A stretch of DNA of 41,212 nt from Isurus oxyrinchus (lineage: Eukaryota). The notes beneath the pieces are model-generated. The model saw only the letters and a list, made by a program, of their open reading frames with translations, had not been told where the DNA came from and made no database searches. This document shows, piece by piece, positions 13,566 to 25,022 of this stretch (position 1 is the stretch's first letter; the number at the start of each line of letters is the position of its first letter). Location of the stretch: assembly GCA_026770705.1 (NCBI GenBank), contig JANJGN010003720.1, positions 1 to 41,212 on the forward strand, given 5' to 3'. Position numbers and translations under genes: made by a program.

Positions 13566-14075
13566 GCCCGGTGTCAATATTGCATTCGACCGTGACCCTG
13601 CCCGTGTTAATATTACACTAGACCCTGTCTGTGTTTGCATTATATTAGGCCCTTTCTCAGTTTATATTACGATCGGCACGTGACGCTGACTCTCTTTATG
13701 CTATACTAGACTCTGTCTGTTTGTATTGCGCTAGGCCCTCTCCTTGTTTATATCACACTCAAATGTTTCTGTTTATATTACACTCGACATGTCCCTTTTT
13801 ATATTATACTCGACCTGGTCTGTGTTTATAATACACTAGACGCTGTCTCTGTTTATATTACATTGGACCCTGCTTCTGTTTATATTACTCTAGATCCTGT
13901 CTTTGTTTCTATTAAACAAGGCCTTATCTCTTTATAGTACACTTGACATGTCTCTGTATATATTCATCTAGACCTGTCTCTGTATTGAAATAGGCGTTGC
14001 CTCAGTTCTGCGCTAAATTGCATTTAAATTCCATTAGATGCGGCCTCAGTTATTACTGCACTGCACAAGCCCAAT
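13566..14075 (-). repeat. Inverted array of the 27-bp satellite monomer
   Basis: Tandem acactagaccctgtctctgtttatatt-type units are the reverse complement of aatataaacagagacagggtctagtgt. Confidence 0.88.
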
Positions 14076-14169
14076 AATGTGGAAATTGGTTGGGGTGGAA
14101 ATGGTGATGATCAGACATCAAGATGGTTAATAATGCTAAAAATCTTTCGAAAACGATTATCATGGGTGC

Positions 14170-14975
14170 CTATTTAGATGTCGAGACTTGCACTTTGTAG
14201 GAAGAATAGAGGCATAGAGTATTTCCTAAATGGGAAGATAATTCAGAAATCTGGAGTGCAAACGGACTTTGGAGTCCTGGTCCAGGATTCTCTTAAGGTT
14301 AACTTGCAGGTTGAGTCGGTAGTTAGGAAGGCAAATGCAATGTTGGCATTTATTTCAAGAGGACTAGAATATAAAAGCAGGGATGTGCTGCTGAGGATTT
14401 ATAAGTCTCTGGTCAGACAACATTTAGAATATTGTGAGCAATTTTGGGCCCCGTATCTCAGGAAGGATGTGCTAGCCCTGGAGAGGGTCCTGAGGAGGTT
14501 CACGAGAATGATCCCAGGAATGAAAGGCTTAACATATGAGAAACGTTTGAGGACTCGGGGTCTATACTTGATGGAGTTTAGATGGATGAGGGGGGATCTG
14601 ATTGAAACTTACAGAATACTGAAAGACCTGGATAGAGTGGACATGGGGAAGATGTTTCCAGTCGTAGAAGAGACTAGGCACAGCCTCAAGGTAAAGAGAA
14701 GGCCTTTTAGAACAGAAATGAGGTGAAACTTTTTTAGCCAGAGAGTGGTGAATCTATGGAATTCATTGCCACAGAAGGCTGTGGAGGCCAGGTCTTTGAG
14801 TGTTTTTGAGGCCGAGATAGATAGGTTTTTGATTGGTAAGGGGATCAAAGGTTCCGGGGAAAAGGCAGGAAAATGGAGTTGAGAAACTTATTAGCAATGA
14901 TTGAATGGTGGAGCAGACTCGATGGACTGAATGGCCTATTTTCTGCTCCTATGTCTTTTGGTCTTATGGTCTTGT
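14170..14975 (+). mobile_element. CR1-type LINE 3' fragment (relatively well preserved)
   Basis: ORF 14178-14726: KANAMLAFISRGLEYKSRDVLLRIYKSLVRQHLEYCEQFWAPYLRKDVLALERV..RGDLIETYRIL; tail ending in tcttatgg-type repeats. Confidence 0.95.
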
Positions 14976-15069
14976 CCTCCCTGCATCCCAGATTTGTGTT
15001 CATAAGCCACAGATCTCTCTTATCTTGCAGCTGTTTAAATTAAAGCATTTAATGCCTATTTCCAGGGTC

Positions 15070-15245
15070 TACAGCAATAATGCAAGGGAATGTACTAATG
15101 TAACATAAACAGGGAACAATAACATAAATAACTGTAACAGGGTCTAGTTTTACAGAAATATGGACCAGAGCAGTAACAACGAGACAGGCCCAGTGTAATT
15201 TGAACAGAGACATGGTGGAGTGCAGCAATATTGACAACAGATGAC
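15070..15245 (+). repeat. Diverged 27-bp satellite monomers
   Basis: aatgtaacataaacagggaac, actgtaacagggtctagt and aacgagacaggcccagtgtaat resemble the monomer. Confidence 0.6.
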
Positions 15246-15274
15246 CTGAAGCCCCACATAACCAGATAAGATAG

Positions 15275-17712
15275 GGATGGAGATACCTCCTGGTCATTAA
15301 CACCTATTGCCCTCCTTCAGCTGATGAATCTGTACTCCTTCATCTTTAGCACTACTTGGAAGAACCACTGAGGGTAGCAAAGGCAATGCATGTGCTGTGG
15401 GTTTGCAAAGTCAATTACCATTTGACAAGACCACTAATGACCGAGCTGGATGAGTCCTGAATGAGGTATCTGCCAGGCTGGACCTGCCACAGATGATGAG
15501 AGAGCCAACACGAAGGAAAACCTGACCTGATCTCAGGCCCATCACACTAGCAATATAGGTGAGATTGACCCCTGCACTGTCCTTGCGGAAACCAAGGCCG
15601 GTATTCATTCTGAGCACATTCTCCATTGTGTTGTGTGGCACTGCTGCCATGCTAAACAGGATACATTCAGAACAGGTCTAGCAGTTCAAAACTTGGCAAC
15701 AATGAGATGCTGGTGGCCATCAGCAGCTGAATAATTGCATTCAGTCATAACCTGTAATCTCATGGACCAGAATATCCCTCACTCACACCTTGGTGTGCAC
15801 ATCCACAGATCTCTGGAGGTAGCAGGGCAAGTAGATGAGGTGGTTAAGAAGGCATATTGGACACTTACCTTTATTAACCGAGGCATAGAATACAAGAGTA
15901 AGGAGTTTATGCTGGAATTGTATAAAACGTTGGTTAGGCCACAACTGGAGTGCTGCATGTAGTTCTGGTCACCACATTATAAGAAGAATGTGAATGCACT
16001 GAAGACAGTGCAAAGGAGATATACCAGGGTGCTGCCAGGCTGGAGGGCCTGAGCAATGACGGAAGATTGGATAGTCTGGGGCTGCTTTCCTTGGAGCAAC
16101 GAAGGCTGAGAGGGGTCCTGATAGAGGCGTAAAAGATTATAGGGGCATAGATAGAATGGATAGGAAGGCACTTTTTCCATTTTTAGGGGGGTCAATAACC
16201 AGGGGGCAGAGATTTAAGGTAGGAGGTAGAAGACTAAGAGGGGAGTTGAGGAGAATTTCTTTCATCCAGAGGGTGGTTGGAATCTGGAACTCACTGACTG
16301 AAAGTGTGGTTGACTCAGGGACTTTTGCAAAATTCAATAAGTATTTAAGTTACCACTTAAGCTGCCATAGCTTCCAGGGCTATGGGTCAATCGCTGGAAA
16401 ATAGGATTAGTTTTGTCAAATTGTTGTTGACCTGTGCGAAAACGGTGGGCCGAATAGCCTCCTTCTGGCTGTAAACATCCATGAGTCTAACATTCAGCCT
16501 GGGGACAATGAGAAATGTAGAACAGCAGGTCAAAAGCAAAACCAGGAATACCTGAAAATGATGAACCACCGTGTGAAGCTACAACACTGTACATAATGGA
16601 CAACAGATCAAATCAGTCTCCGAGCTGCACAATCAGTCTACTCTCAATCATCAGTAAAGTGATTGAAGATATCGCCGACCTGCTCACCAAAGCTCAGACT
16701 AGATACACCCGGATCAGTCAGCTTCAAAGCTCATTGTAAATTTGACCTGAACATGGTCAAGAGAACGGACTTCCAGACATGATGTGTGAACGCTTTAGCA
16801 ATTGCTGTCAAAGTAGCCATTGACCGAGTGTGGCATGAAGAAGCCTTGGGAAGAGTCATGTCAATGGGAAGCAAGGGTAAGTCTCTCCAATGGCTGGAGT
16901 CACATCTAATACACATGAAGATGTTGTGGTTGTTAGAGACAAATCATCTCGGCACCAGGACATCATTCCAGTAGTCCCTCAGAGAAGTGTCCTTGGCCCA
17001 AGCATCTTCAGTCCCTTCATCAATTACTTTCCCTTCATCACTGGGTCAAGAGTTGGGATGTTCGCTCATATTTTCAGTGTTCAGTTCCATTTATGACCTC
17101 TCAGGTAATGAAATCGTCCTTACTTGTTACATCTCGAACTGGACAAAATTCATCTTTGAGCTCATAAGTTGCAAGTGATATAAGCAACACACAAGTGCCA
17201 GGCAATGACCAACTCCAACAATAAGGAAACCAATCATCTCTCCTCAAAATTCAAAAGGCATTACTGTCCCTGAAACCCACCATCAACGTCATACAGGTAT
17301 CATTCAACAGAAACTGAACTGAAACAGCCATATAAACACTGTGACTACAAGAGTAGGTCAGAGGCTGAGGATTCTGTGGTGAATAACTCACCTCCGGACA
17401 CCCGAAGCCTTTCCACCATCTGCAGGTCTGCAAGTCAGATGCCTATTGGAAATTGTTTACTTTCCTGGACGAATGTAACTTCAGCAACACTCAAGAATCT
17501 CCACACCAACCAGGGGAAATCAACCCCTTGATAGGCACCTCATCCAGGAGTTAAACATTCATTCCCATCACCACCGATACACAGTGGCTGCAGAGTGTAC
17601 CATCTACAAGATGCACTGCAGCAACTCGCCAAGGCCTCTTCAACAATACCTTCCATACCTGTGACCTCCACCTCCCAGAATAACAAGGGCTACAAGCACA
17701 CGGGAACACATG
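15275..17712 (+). mobile_element. Decayed LINE (APE endonuclease + RT remnants), split by a nested CR1
   Basis: 15285-15420 reads LLVINTYCPPSADESVLLH..LEEPLRVA (endonuclease-like); 16786-17100 reads AIDRVWHEEAL..MGSKGKSLQWLESHL..VPQRSVLGPSIFSPFIN (RT motifs). Confidence 0.78.
15786..16490 (+). mobile_element. CR1-type LINE 3' fragment nested in an older LINE
   Basis: ORF 15735-15962 switches to LGVHIHRSLEVAGQVDEVVKKAY..FINRGIEYKSKEFMLELYKTLVRPQLE; CR1-like tail gggccgaatagcctccttctggctgtaa at about 16450-16475. Confidence 0.88.
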
Positions 17713-17981
17713 CCCTACATCCTCCTACACATACATCTCTATAGGGGAGAAATTGGCCTTGGGCGCTGGCAAAGAAGAAGCGATATCTGAAATCTCATTC
17801 TGCTGACTGCGCTGAAGGTGAATATCAAGTGCTGCGAAGCATGTACGGCCGATGCTATACCGCCCGTTTCAGGCTATTGCCAGATGCCAATGTCCAGGCC
17901 AAGATCTTTATTTTTAATATTATCTCTCCTTCTCATAGACACATGGGGTAATGCAGCCATAATTTAAACAGAAGCATAGAT

Positions 17982-18115
17982 TAAAGCAAAACACTGCTGA
18001 TGCTGGAAATCTGAATTAGAAATAAAAAATGCTGGAAAAACACAGCAGGTCTGACAGCATCTGTGGGGAGAAAAACAGAGCTAACGTTTCGAGTCCGTAT
18101 GACTCTTCTTCAGAG
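17982..18115 (-). mobile_element. Penelope-like element 3' terminal (pLTR) fragment
   Basis: aaagcaaaacactgctgatgctggaaatctgaa..cagcaggtctgacagcatctgtggggaga..gactcttcttcaga is the reverse complement of 4755-4890. Confidence 0.85.
18079..18115 (-). ncRNA. Minimal type I hammerhead ribozyme motif (Penelope-associated)
   Basis: Minus strand: CU-CUGAAGA-A-GAGUC-AUACG-GACUC-GAAA-CG-UU-AGCU. CUGANGA and GAAA cores intact, perfect 5-bp helix II, loop-less palindromic helix III; helix I is weak in this copy. Confidence 0.65.
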
Positions 18116-18400
18116 GCATAGTATCGTGCCATAGTTACAATGACCAGGTCTGGTACAATATAGACATAGTCAAGATCGAATGTAATATAAACAGACAGGG
18201 TCCATTTAAATATAAACGGAGACAGGGCCTAATGTAACATAAGTGGAGATGGGGTCCAGAGCAATGCAAACTGAGATGGCTTCCATTGGAACATTAAGGA
18301 GATAGGGTCTATTTTAATACACACAGAGGCCTGATCCAGCACAATAGAAATAAAGCAGTTTCCAGGATATTAATAATCGAACCAGGATCCTGTATAACAT
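18116..18400 (+). repeat. 27-bp satellite monomers (diverged)
   Basis: aatgtaatataaacagacagggtcc and aatataaacggagacagggcctaatgt in tandem. Confidence 0.75.
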
Positions 18401-18652
18401 GGGAGGGCCGATCGTGCATTGGGAACATCACTGGGTTAGTAACCCAGAGATCCAGGCCTTTTCCCTGGGGATAGGGGTTTGAATCCCGTTATGGCAGCAA
18501 GAGGAATCCAAATTCAATTAATAAATCTGGAATTGAAGGCTCGTCTCTATAATGGTGACCATGAAACTATAATCGATTATCATAAATATCCTTCTGGTTC
18601 ACCGATGTCATTTAGAGAAGGAAATCTGCCGTCCTTACCCAGTCTGGCCTAC
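18401..18652 (+). mobile_element. tRNA-derived SINE (SacSINE1/DeuSINE-like), interrupted
   Basis: tRNA-like head (tagtaacccagag..gggtttgaatccc) and body (ggtgaccatgaaact..gatgtcatttagagaaggaaatctgccgtccttacccagtctggcctaca), homologous to 22557-22935. Confidence 0.8.
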
Positions 18653-18659
18653 ATTGTTA

Positions 18660-18965
18660 TTCTTCGTTCGTGGGAATGTGGGCGGCACTGGCTAGGCCAG
18701 CATTTATTGCCCATCCCCAATTGCCCTTGTGAACAGTGTGGCTTGTTACGCTATTTAAGAATCAACCACATTGCTGTGGGTCTGCAGTCACATGCAGTCC
18801 AGACCAGGTGGCATTAGTGTGAACCAGATGGGTTTTTACGACAATGGTTTCATGGTCAGCATTAGATTTTTGAAATCAAATTTCATCATCTGCCATGGGG
18901 GGATTCAACACAGATCCCAAGCCAATTACTAGCCGAACGAGAATGCCATTACACCACCGCCTCCC
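18660..18965 (-). mobile_element. tRNA-derived SINE, inverted, nested in the previous SINE
   Basis: Begins with the reverse-complement tail (tgtgggcggcactggctaggccagcatttattgcccatccccaattgcccttg) and ends with the reverse-complement head (ccattacaccaccgcctccc). Confidence 0.8.
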
Positions 18966-19989
18966 ATACATACAACTCCAGACCCACAATTTTGTGCAGC
19001 CCCATTCTCTGGCTATTTGTTTAATTACCCACCATTAGCGACTGGATGTGACAGGACTTCAGAGATAAAATCTAATCCGTTGGATGTGGGATCTTCCATA
19101 CTATGTCTGGATATAAATATTGGTATTGACTGGTGCAGTATTAATTGAAACAGGGTACAGTGACATATGCTAATGCAGTATTAATTGAAACAGGGTACAG
19201 TGACATATAAACAGAGACAGTGTTTGGTCTAACATAAGATTAGATGGAATCCAATTTTAAAAGACAGAGACAGGGTCCGATGCAATATTATTTGAGACAA
19301 CTCCTGCTTCACACAATGGATCCTTCAAGATTTCAAATCCATCTGCTGGCCAAACTTTGCAATTGCAGCTACTGTGAAAATGTCGCTGTCAGGTTAGATC
19401 TTTGACATTATTGTATCAAGAGTCCACTTCCTCAGATGTAGTACCGCATCACCTTCTGCGGGAGGTGTCAAAATTTAACAAAATTAAACTAATTGCAGAT
19501 GAATGTGGTTGATTAGCACACGTTAAAGTCAGCAGCAGAGTAAAGTGGCCCAATTCCTGGTGATGTGACTTTGTTCATCTTGATTAAAGGGAGGGATGTT
19601 GACCAGGGCGCTGTATAGAGACCATGGGAACTTTAATGTCCACCTCAACAAGCATAGTGTTGGGGAGAGTTTATTGGTTCATGATACCACCTGAAAGACA
19701 GTCATTTTCTTCAATAGTTACGTGCTCCGGAGCCTCCCAAGAAGTCAAGGTGGGATCTTAAGTTGAAGCACAAAATGCCATTTTGGTCTGTGTGTGTGAG
19801 AGGGAGAGGGAGGGAGAGAGACGGAGACGTACATCATATTGTTTGCAACTGAATTTCACGAAGGTCCTGGACAAACTTCCATCGATGAAAGGTCACAGAC
19901 ACACAATGGAAATAAACCCCTTGAAGATGTGCTGATGGCTGAGGGGGGGGCAATTGTTGTGAGGCAGGTTCTGCCAGAAATGCTGCACA

Positions 19990-21290
19990 TGAAACTACAA
20001 AATGTTGTTTTTCAGCGAAGGCCTCGATTGCCAAACCACTGTAGCCATTGGACATCGTGGTGGTTCACGCCAACCCACAGGAGGTGTCGCCATTTTCCTC
20101 AGTCATCAGTTAGTTACATTCAGTTGTGATAATCGATATTTAGGGCCTTCACTTCAAGCATTCTGGAAGTGGAGCTTTAGGCGTCCCACTGATTATCTGC
20201 CTCCGGCTACCTCACCATACAGAAAGTCCTTGTGCATGTGACCATCTTCCATCCTATGTACGTTCCCAAGCCACCAGCACCATCTCTGTTTCATGAGCTC
20301 CACGGTCTTGGGAGCTCTGCCTTTGAGAGTACTACTGCATTTGTGACTTTACCCTGCCAGTACATACCCATAATGCGCACCAGGCAGCGAATATGGAAAT
20401 TGTGGAGCTTCATTTCTTGATAACTGTAAGTCGACCATATTTCACAGCCATAAAGCAAGGTGGTGAGAGCACAGGCCATATAAACCATCAGGTTGGCCTT
20501 AAGGGTCAGTTTGATATTATTCCAGGGGCATTTCACGAGTCAGCCAAAAGTAGCAGCTGCTTTTCCCATGCGGGTATCAAGTTCTGCAGCAAGCACCAGG
20601 CTGCCTGACACAGTGGAACCCAGTGAGGGGAACTTATTTCCATCCGGGTGTTACTTAGCGTGATCAATGGTGGAAATGCAACACTTTGTCCCATGGCCAG
20701 GCGATCCTTCATGGTTATAGTCAGGGGGAACATGTTACAGGCATGGGAGAGTCAGTTCATCAGTCTTTGTGGATGAGTTTCCGTTTTGATGACGAAGTTA
20801 TCAGCTTCGAGCAATTCTTTGATCAGGATTCAATGTGTTTTAGTCTTCGCTTTCAGTCTTCTAGATTGTGGGGCTTGCAGTCTGACTGGGTGTGTGAGTA
20901 GACTCCTTCCATATCTACAGAGAAGGCAAAGATCAGCAGCGTGGAGAAGAAGATGCTAAACAGAATGGGGGTTAGGACACAGGCCTGTTTCACTCTATTC
21001 TTCACTCCGAATCTGTCGGAAGTGGAATCATCAATCTGTACAGTGCAGTGCATGTTGTCACGGAAGGAGTGAATGAGACTGAGGAGCTTTGGTTGGCAGC
21101 CAATTTTCCCCAAAATCTTGAAGGGTCCTTTCCTGCTGGTGGTGTCGAGCATATGGAGCAGATCATGTCTCGAGTATATTTTCCGATGCAAACATCACAC
21201 TGTGCTTCGGCCTGCAAATAGATGAAGTCTTTAAAGTATGACCTGAGCAAAGGCCTTCCCTGTGACTCTGAGTGAGATATTCCTGTAGTT
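19990..21290 (-). mobile_element. RTE-clade LINE, decayed RT and C-terminal region
   Basis: Minus ORFs: KILGKIGCQPKLLSLIHSF.DNM..SDRFGVKNRVKQACVLTPILFSIFF (RT), and KLTLK..LMVYMACALTTLLYGCEIW..KLHNFHIRCL.RIMG..WQGKVTN.VL, typical of the RTE/BovB C-terminus. Confidence 0.9.
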
Positions 21291-21380
21291 GTTTTCAGAT
21301 AGTGCGATGATTATTATGTTATTCATCTCCTGCAGAACGGATCTTATCTTTCAGCAGAGGAGGAGAAGGTCGTAAAGACT

Positions 21381-21690
21381 GAGAAAGATACATAATTATA
21401 TAGACCAATTATTATCAATTTACGAAGGTAAATAATTATATTCACAAATTACCATCAATTCACAAAGATAAATAATTAGATTCACCAATTGGCATCAATT
21501 CACAAAGATAAATAATTATATTCACAAATTATTATTCATTCACAAAGGTAAATAATTATATTCACCAACTATCATCAATTCACAAAGATAAATAATTATA
21601 TTCACCAATTATAATCAACTCACAAAGATAAATAATTATATTCATTAATCATCATCCATTCACAAAGATAAATGATTGCATTAACCAATT
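21381..21690. repeat. 40-bp AT-rich minisatellite, about 7.5 copies
   Basis: Unit cacaaagataaataattatattcaccaattatcatcaatt starts at 21461, 21501, 21541, 21581, 21621 and 21661, with diverged copies at 21381 and 21421. Confidence 0.95.
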
Positions 21691-22556
21691 ATTTTCAGTA
21701 TTTTATTACATATAAAATATAATTGCGGTTCATGTAATATCATTAACATTGATTGAGATCGCATTGACCCTTCTGTCAACAAGGAATCACATCTGTCCCA
21801 GAATTGAGTGGGAAATGGAATGAAATCAGACCGAGGGTAATGAACAGCTACCCAGCAGCCTCTGCGATTTATTGACAAGTAATCACCTCATCATCACAGA
21901 GAAAGTCCTGATAGAAAACTGGAGCGTGTGAGGATTTGTAAAGTGATGGTATGAAAAATGCTACCTGGACCTGACTTTACTTGATAAATATTTAAATCCA
22001 GATTTGTTATTTCCATCGTCTGGAAGGTAATGAAACATTTGCGGCCCTCCATTGAGTTTCACATTATTTCTGTTTCCATAGTAATAGTGTTTAGTTTGTT
22101 ACATTCATTAATTTGGGTGAGGATATGTTGATTGTTTTGTTGTGCATGAAAGGACCACATGTTCCAAATATTACAATCCTCCACCCTAATCTGTATTATA
22201 TATCCGCTTTCTGTGTTAAAGATGATGATTGCCCATCAGCAGGGAAGAATCACCAGTGTCGGAGGGACATCTCCAGCCTTCTCTTGGTGACGTTCAGCTC
22301 GTTAGTTCCCGATAGGCAGGGGATGGAATTCATCCAGAAAATCTGGAAGGACTGAAGATATTAGACTGACACAAATTAAATACAAGACCAGCTTCAAGAT
22401 ATGAAGTGGTCAAGCACAAAGATGAGAAAGTAGGACAACATCTTTCAGACGCATCGATGGATACATCAATCAATGTATTCATTGATTCCTTCATGAAAAT
22501 ATTCAGGCGTCCAACCACCATTCATTCCTGTATCACCGCAGTCATCCCTCCATTTT

Positions 22557-22935
22557 TGGCAGACGGTTGTGTTACATGTCAGTGGACTCGTAACCCAGAG
22601 ACCCAAGCTATTCACGAATTCAAATCCCATCATGGCAGCTGGTGGAATTTAAATTCAATTAGAAATCTGGGATTGAAAACTGGTCCCAGTGAAGGAAACC
22701 ATGAAACTATCATCGATTGTGGAAAAAAGTAATCTGATTCACTAATGTCTTTTAGGAAAGGAAATTTGCCACTGTACCTAATCTGGCCTACATGCGACTC
22801 CAGGTCCACGGCAATATGATGGACTCTAGCTGCCCTCTGAAATAGCCTCGCAAGACACTCAGCTCAAGAGCAATTAGGGACAGGCAACAAATGCTGGCCT
22901 TGCCAGTGACTCTCACATCCCGTGAAAGAGTAAAG
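22557..22935 (+). mobile_element. tRNA-derived SINE (SacSINE1/DeuSINE-like), near full length
   Basis: Head (tggactcgtaacccagag..gaattcaaatcccatcatggcagc), central domain, and tail (gcaattagggacaggcaacaaatgctggccttgccagtgactctcacatcccgtgaa). Confidence 0.85.
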
Positions 22936-24670
22936 GGGCAAAAAAATCACATGAACACACATGATTTTCTATTTCGAAATATATCCTTTCTCTGAGTCCT
23001 ATCTGATAGCCTGTAATTCTTTCTATCTATCCATCCATCACAATATTTTGATATGTTGGAGAGTTCCTCCAATGAGCTTTTAATGCAAACAGGGTGTCAG
23101 AGAAGCTGAAATTGTTTTCTTTCCTGGGAGATTGGAACAGTTCACATAGGTTCACAACTTAAAAAAATAAAACTGACTCCAATGTTGTTGCTGGGTAGAT
23201 TTGTTATAAATAGGCCTTGTTGACAATGTTAAGTGCTTATAGTTGGCTTGCAGCCAAGCGATCAGTACTGAGGAAACAGATCTTTCATTTACTGCACAAA
23301 ATCCCCAGATGCTTCCTGTAAACAACATTGGACATTCGAGCCTCCCTGACTGCAGCCGGCTGGCTTGCTGCCAAATACTGTGTGGGGTAGATTAGCCTGG
23401 GTATGAATCAACAAATTGGGATTTAGCCATTCAAACAATATTGCTTTCAGTCGCACACGGAATATACATTTTAAGTGGCATTTCATCCAAGGAAATATTT
23501 TAATGAATGTCGTGTTCACTGAGTTTAAACGCAAATCAAAAAAATTAAATTGACCATATACTAATTAATTTATATTATTTCGAATTAAATGGCATTCCAG
23601 TTATTAAAGCATGTTCATTAAGAACTTCATGAAGTGCGAGAGGGCGATGTTGATGGTCACAATGTCCCAGTCCAATGAGATGAGCGCAATGGCAAAAATT
23701 AAAAAGAAATTAAATTGAAAGAAAATTGTTGAATTGCCTTAAAGCCGCAGGAATTCCTTGAATATTCTGAGTTGTGCGCCTCATTTTACCTGAGGCGCCT
23801 CTTATTCCTGATTAGCACCGTGTACTGTACAGTTTAATTTGTGCTGATTTCGATTATTTAACAGTCCTTCTCATAGCTGCTAATAAGTGTAGAAATGACC
23901 AGTTCATCACCCGATTCAGTGGAAGATGAAACATTTATTCTTGTGATATTGTGTAATATGCCGCAAAGTCCTGATATCCTGTGTTCCCAATACCAGTGAA
24001 TGGTAGACAGCCGGTGGCCAATAGAATTACCTATAATGATTTGGATGCTGATCAGATTTGCTGATCTCCGTGTCCATTCTGATTCATTAGCTTCTCTGTC
24101 AAAAGTTGATGTAAATTTTATGTTTCTCTGTAAACTTACTGTTTAAATATCAGGGTGGCGGGCTTCTTTTTCCGCTAATTTTCGCAGGGCTGTCTTAGGT
24201 CAGGGGCTATTCGAGGAATGCAAGGAGAGACATTGCATAATATGGGCAGCTTCTTCTTATCTCTGGATCCAAACTGTACGGCGATAGCCACCCATTTTGT
24301 ATATAATATCACGTTGTTCATCCCCCTCATTTAGCTACATAAATCAATAATAATTCCTCTGATTAATTACACTTTATTACTGTAATGAGACAGAGACCCG
24401 GAGTTGCTGCAAAACAGACTGACAGCCCTGATAATATAACTTATTTTTTTAGATTCAACCCGCTGTGAAGTAGTGTAGAAGTAAATGGGCTTATTTTACA
24501 TTTGAATTAGTCATTTTTATGAACTGATTCTAAGCTACAATTTCACCATTAGAGCCAATGGAGACATTACAATAAATCCATTCAATCAAATATCCCGATA
24601 CAGATAACATGTCCACTTTTAAGAAAAAACTATTGTAAACATCTGAATCCATTCTGTTGGGGATATGGAA

Positions 24671-24756
24671 GGTGGGGCGTGGATCCAGTCGCCGCCTCCA
24701 CCAGGGAATCAACAGGCGGCGCCTGGAAACCCGCCCCCTTCTGCCGGGTATTTAAT
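24671..24756 (+). promoter_or_regulatory. Putative VH promoter: two GC boxes plus TATA-like element, no octamer
   Basis: GGTGGGGCGTGG (24671-24682), CCGCCCC (24731-24737) and TATTTAA (24749-24755) lie about 90-175 bp upstream of the leader ATG. Confidence 0.6.
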
Positions 24757-24846
24757 TACCGTTCACTGGGGCCGGAATCCAACAGTCCGGGAGCTGGTTT
24801 GTTCACTGAGTTCTGGACAGAACCATTTTCCCAAATGACCAGAAGG

Positions 24847-24892
24847 ATGAGGTCGGCGATTTCTCTCAGTTTGTTGCTGACTTTCTTATCCC
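24847..24892 (+). CDS. IGHV: IgH leader exon (MRSAISLSLLLTFLS); alternative in-frame ATG at 24835
   Basis: Hydrophobic signal peptide ending at phase-1 donor C|gtgagt (24893); 130-bp intron to acceptor ttttacag (25022). Confidence 0.95.
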
Positions 24893-25022
24893 GTGAGTAG
24901 TTTTAATTGTCCAAGTCTCTCACTGTTACTGTCTCAGTGTTAATCTCTCTCTTTGGAATGTTACAGAGTCAGGAATCATTTCACCAGGATTAATCCTCTG
25001 GGTTTTTGATATATTTTTACAG

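Noticed and set aside
17740-17910. CpG-richer segment beginning ggggagaaattgg, possible MITE
   Set aside because: No clear matching inverted terminus or target-site duplication.
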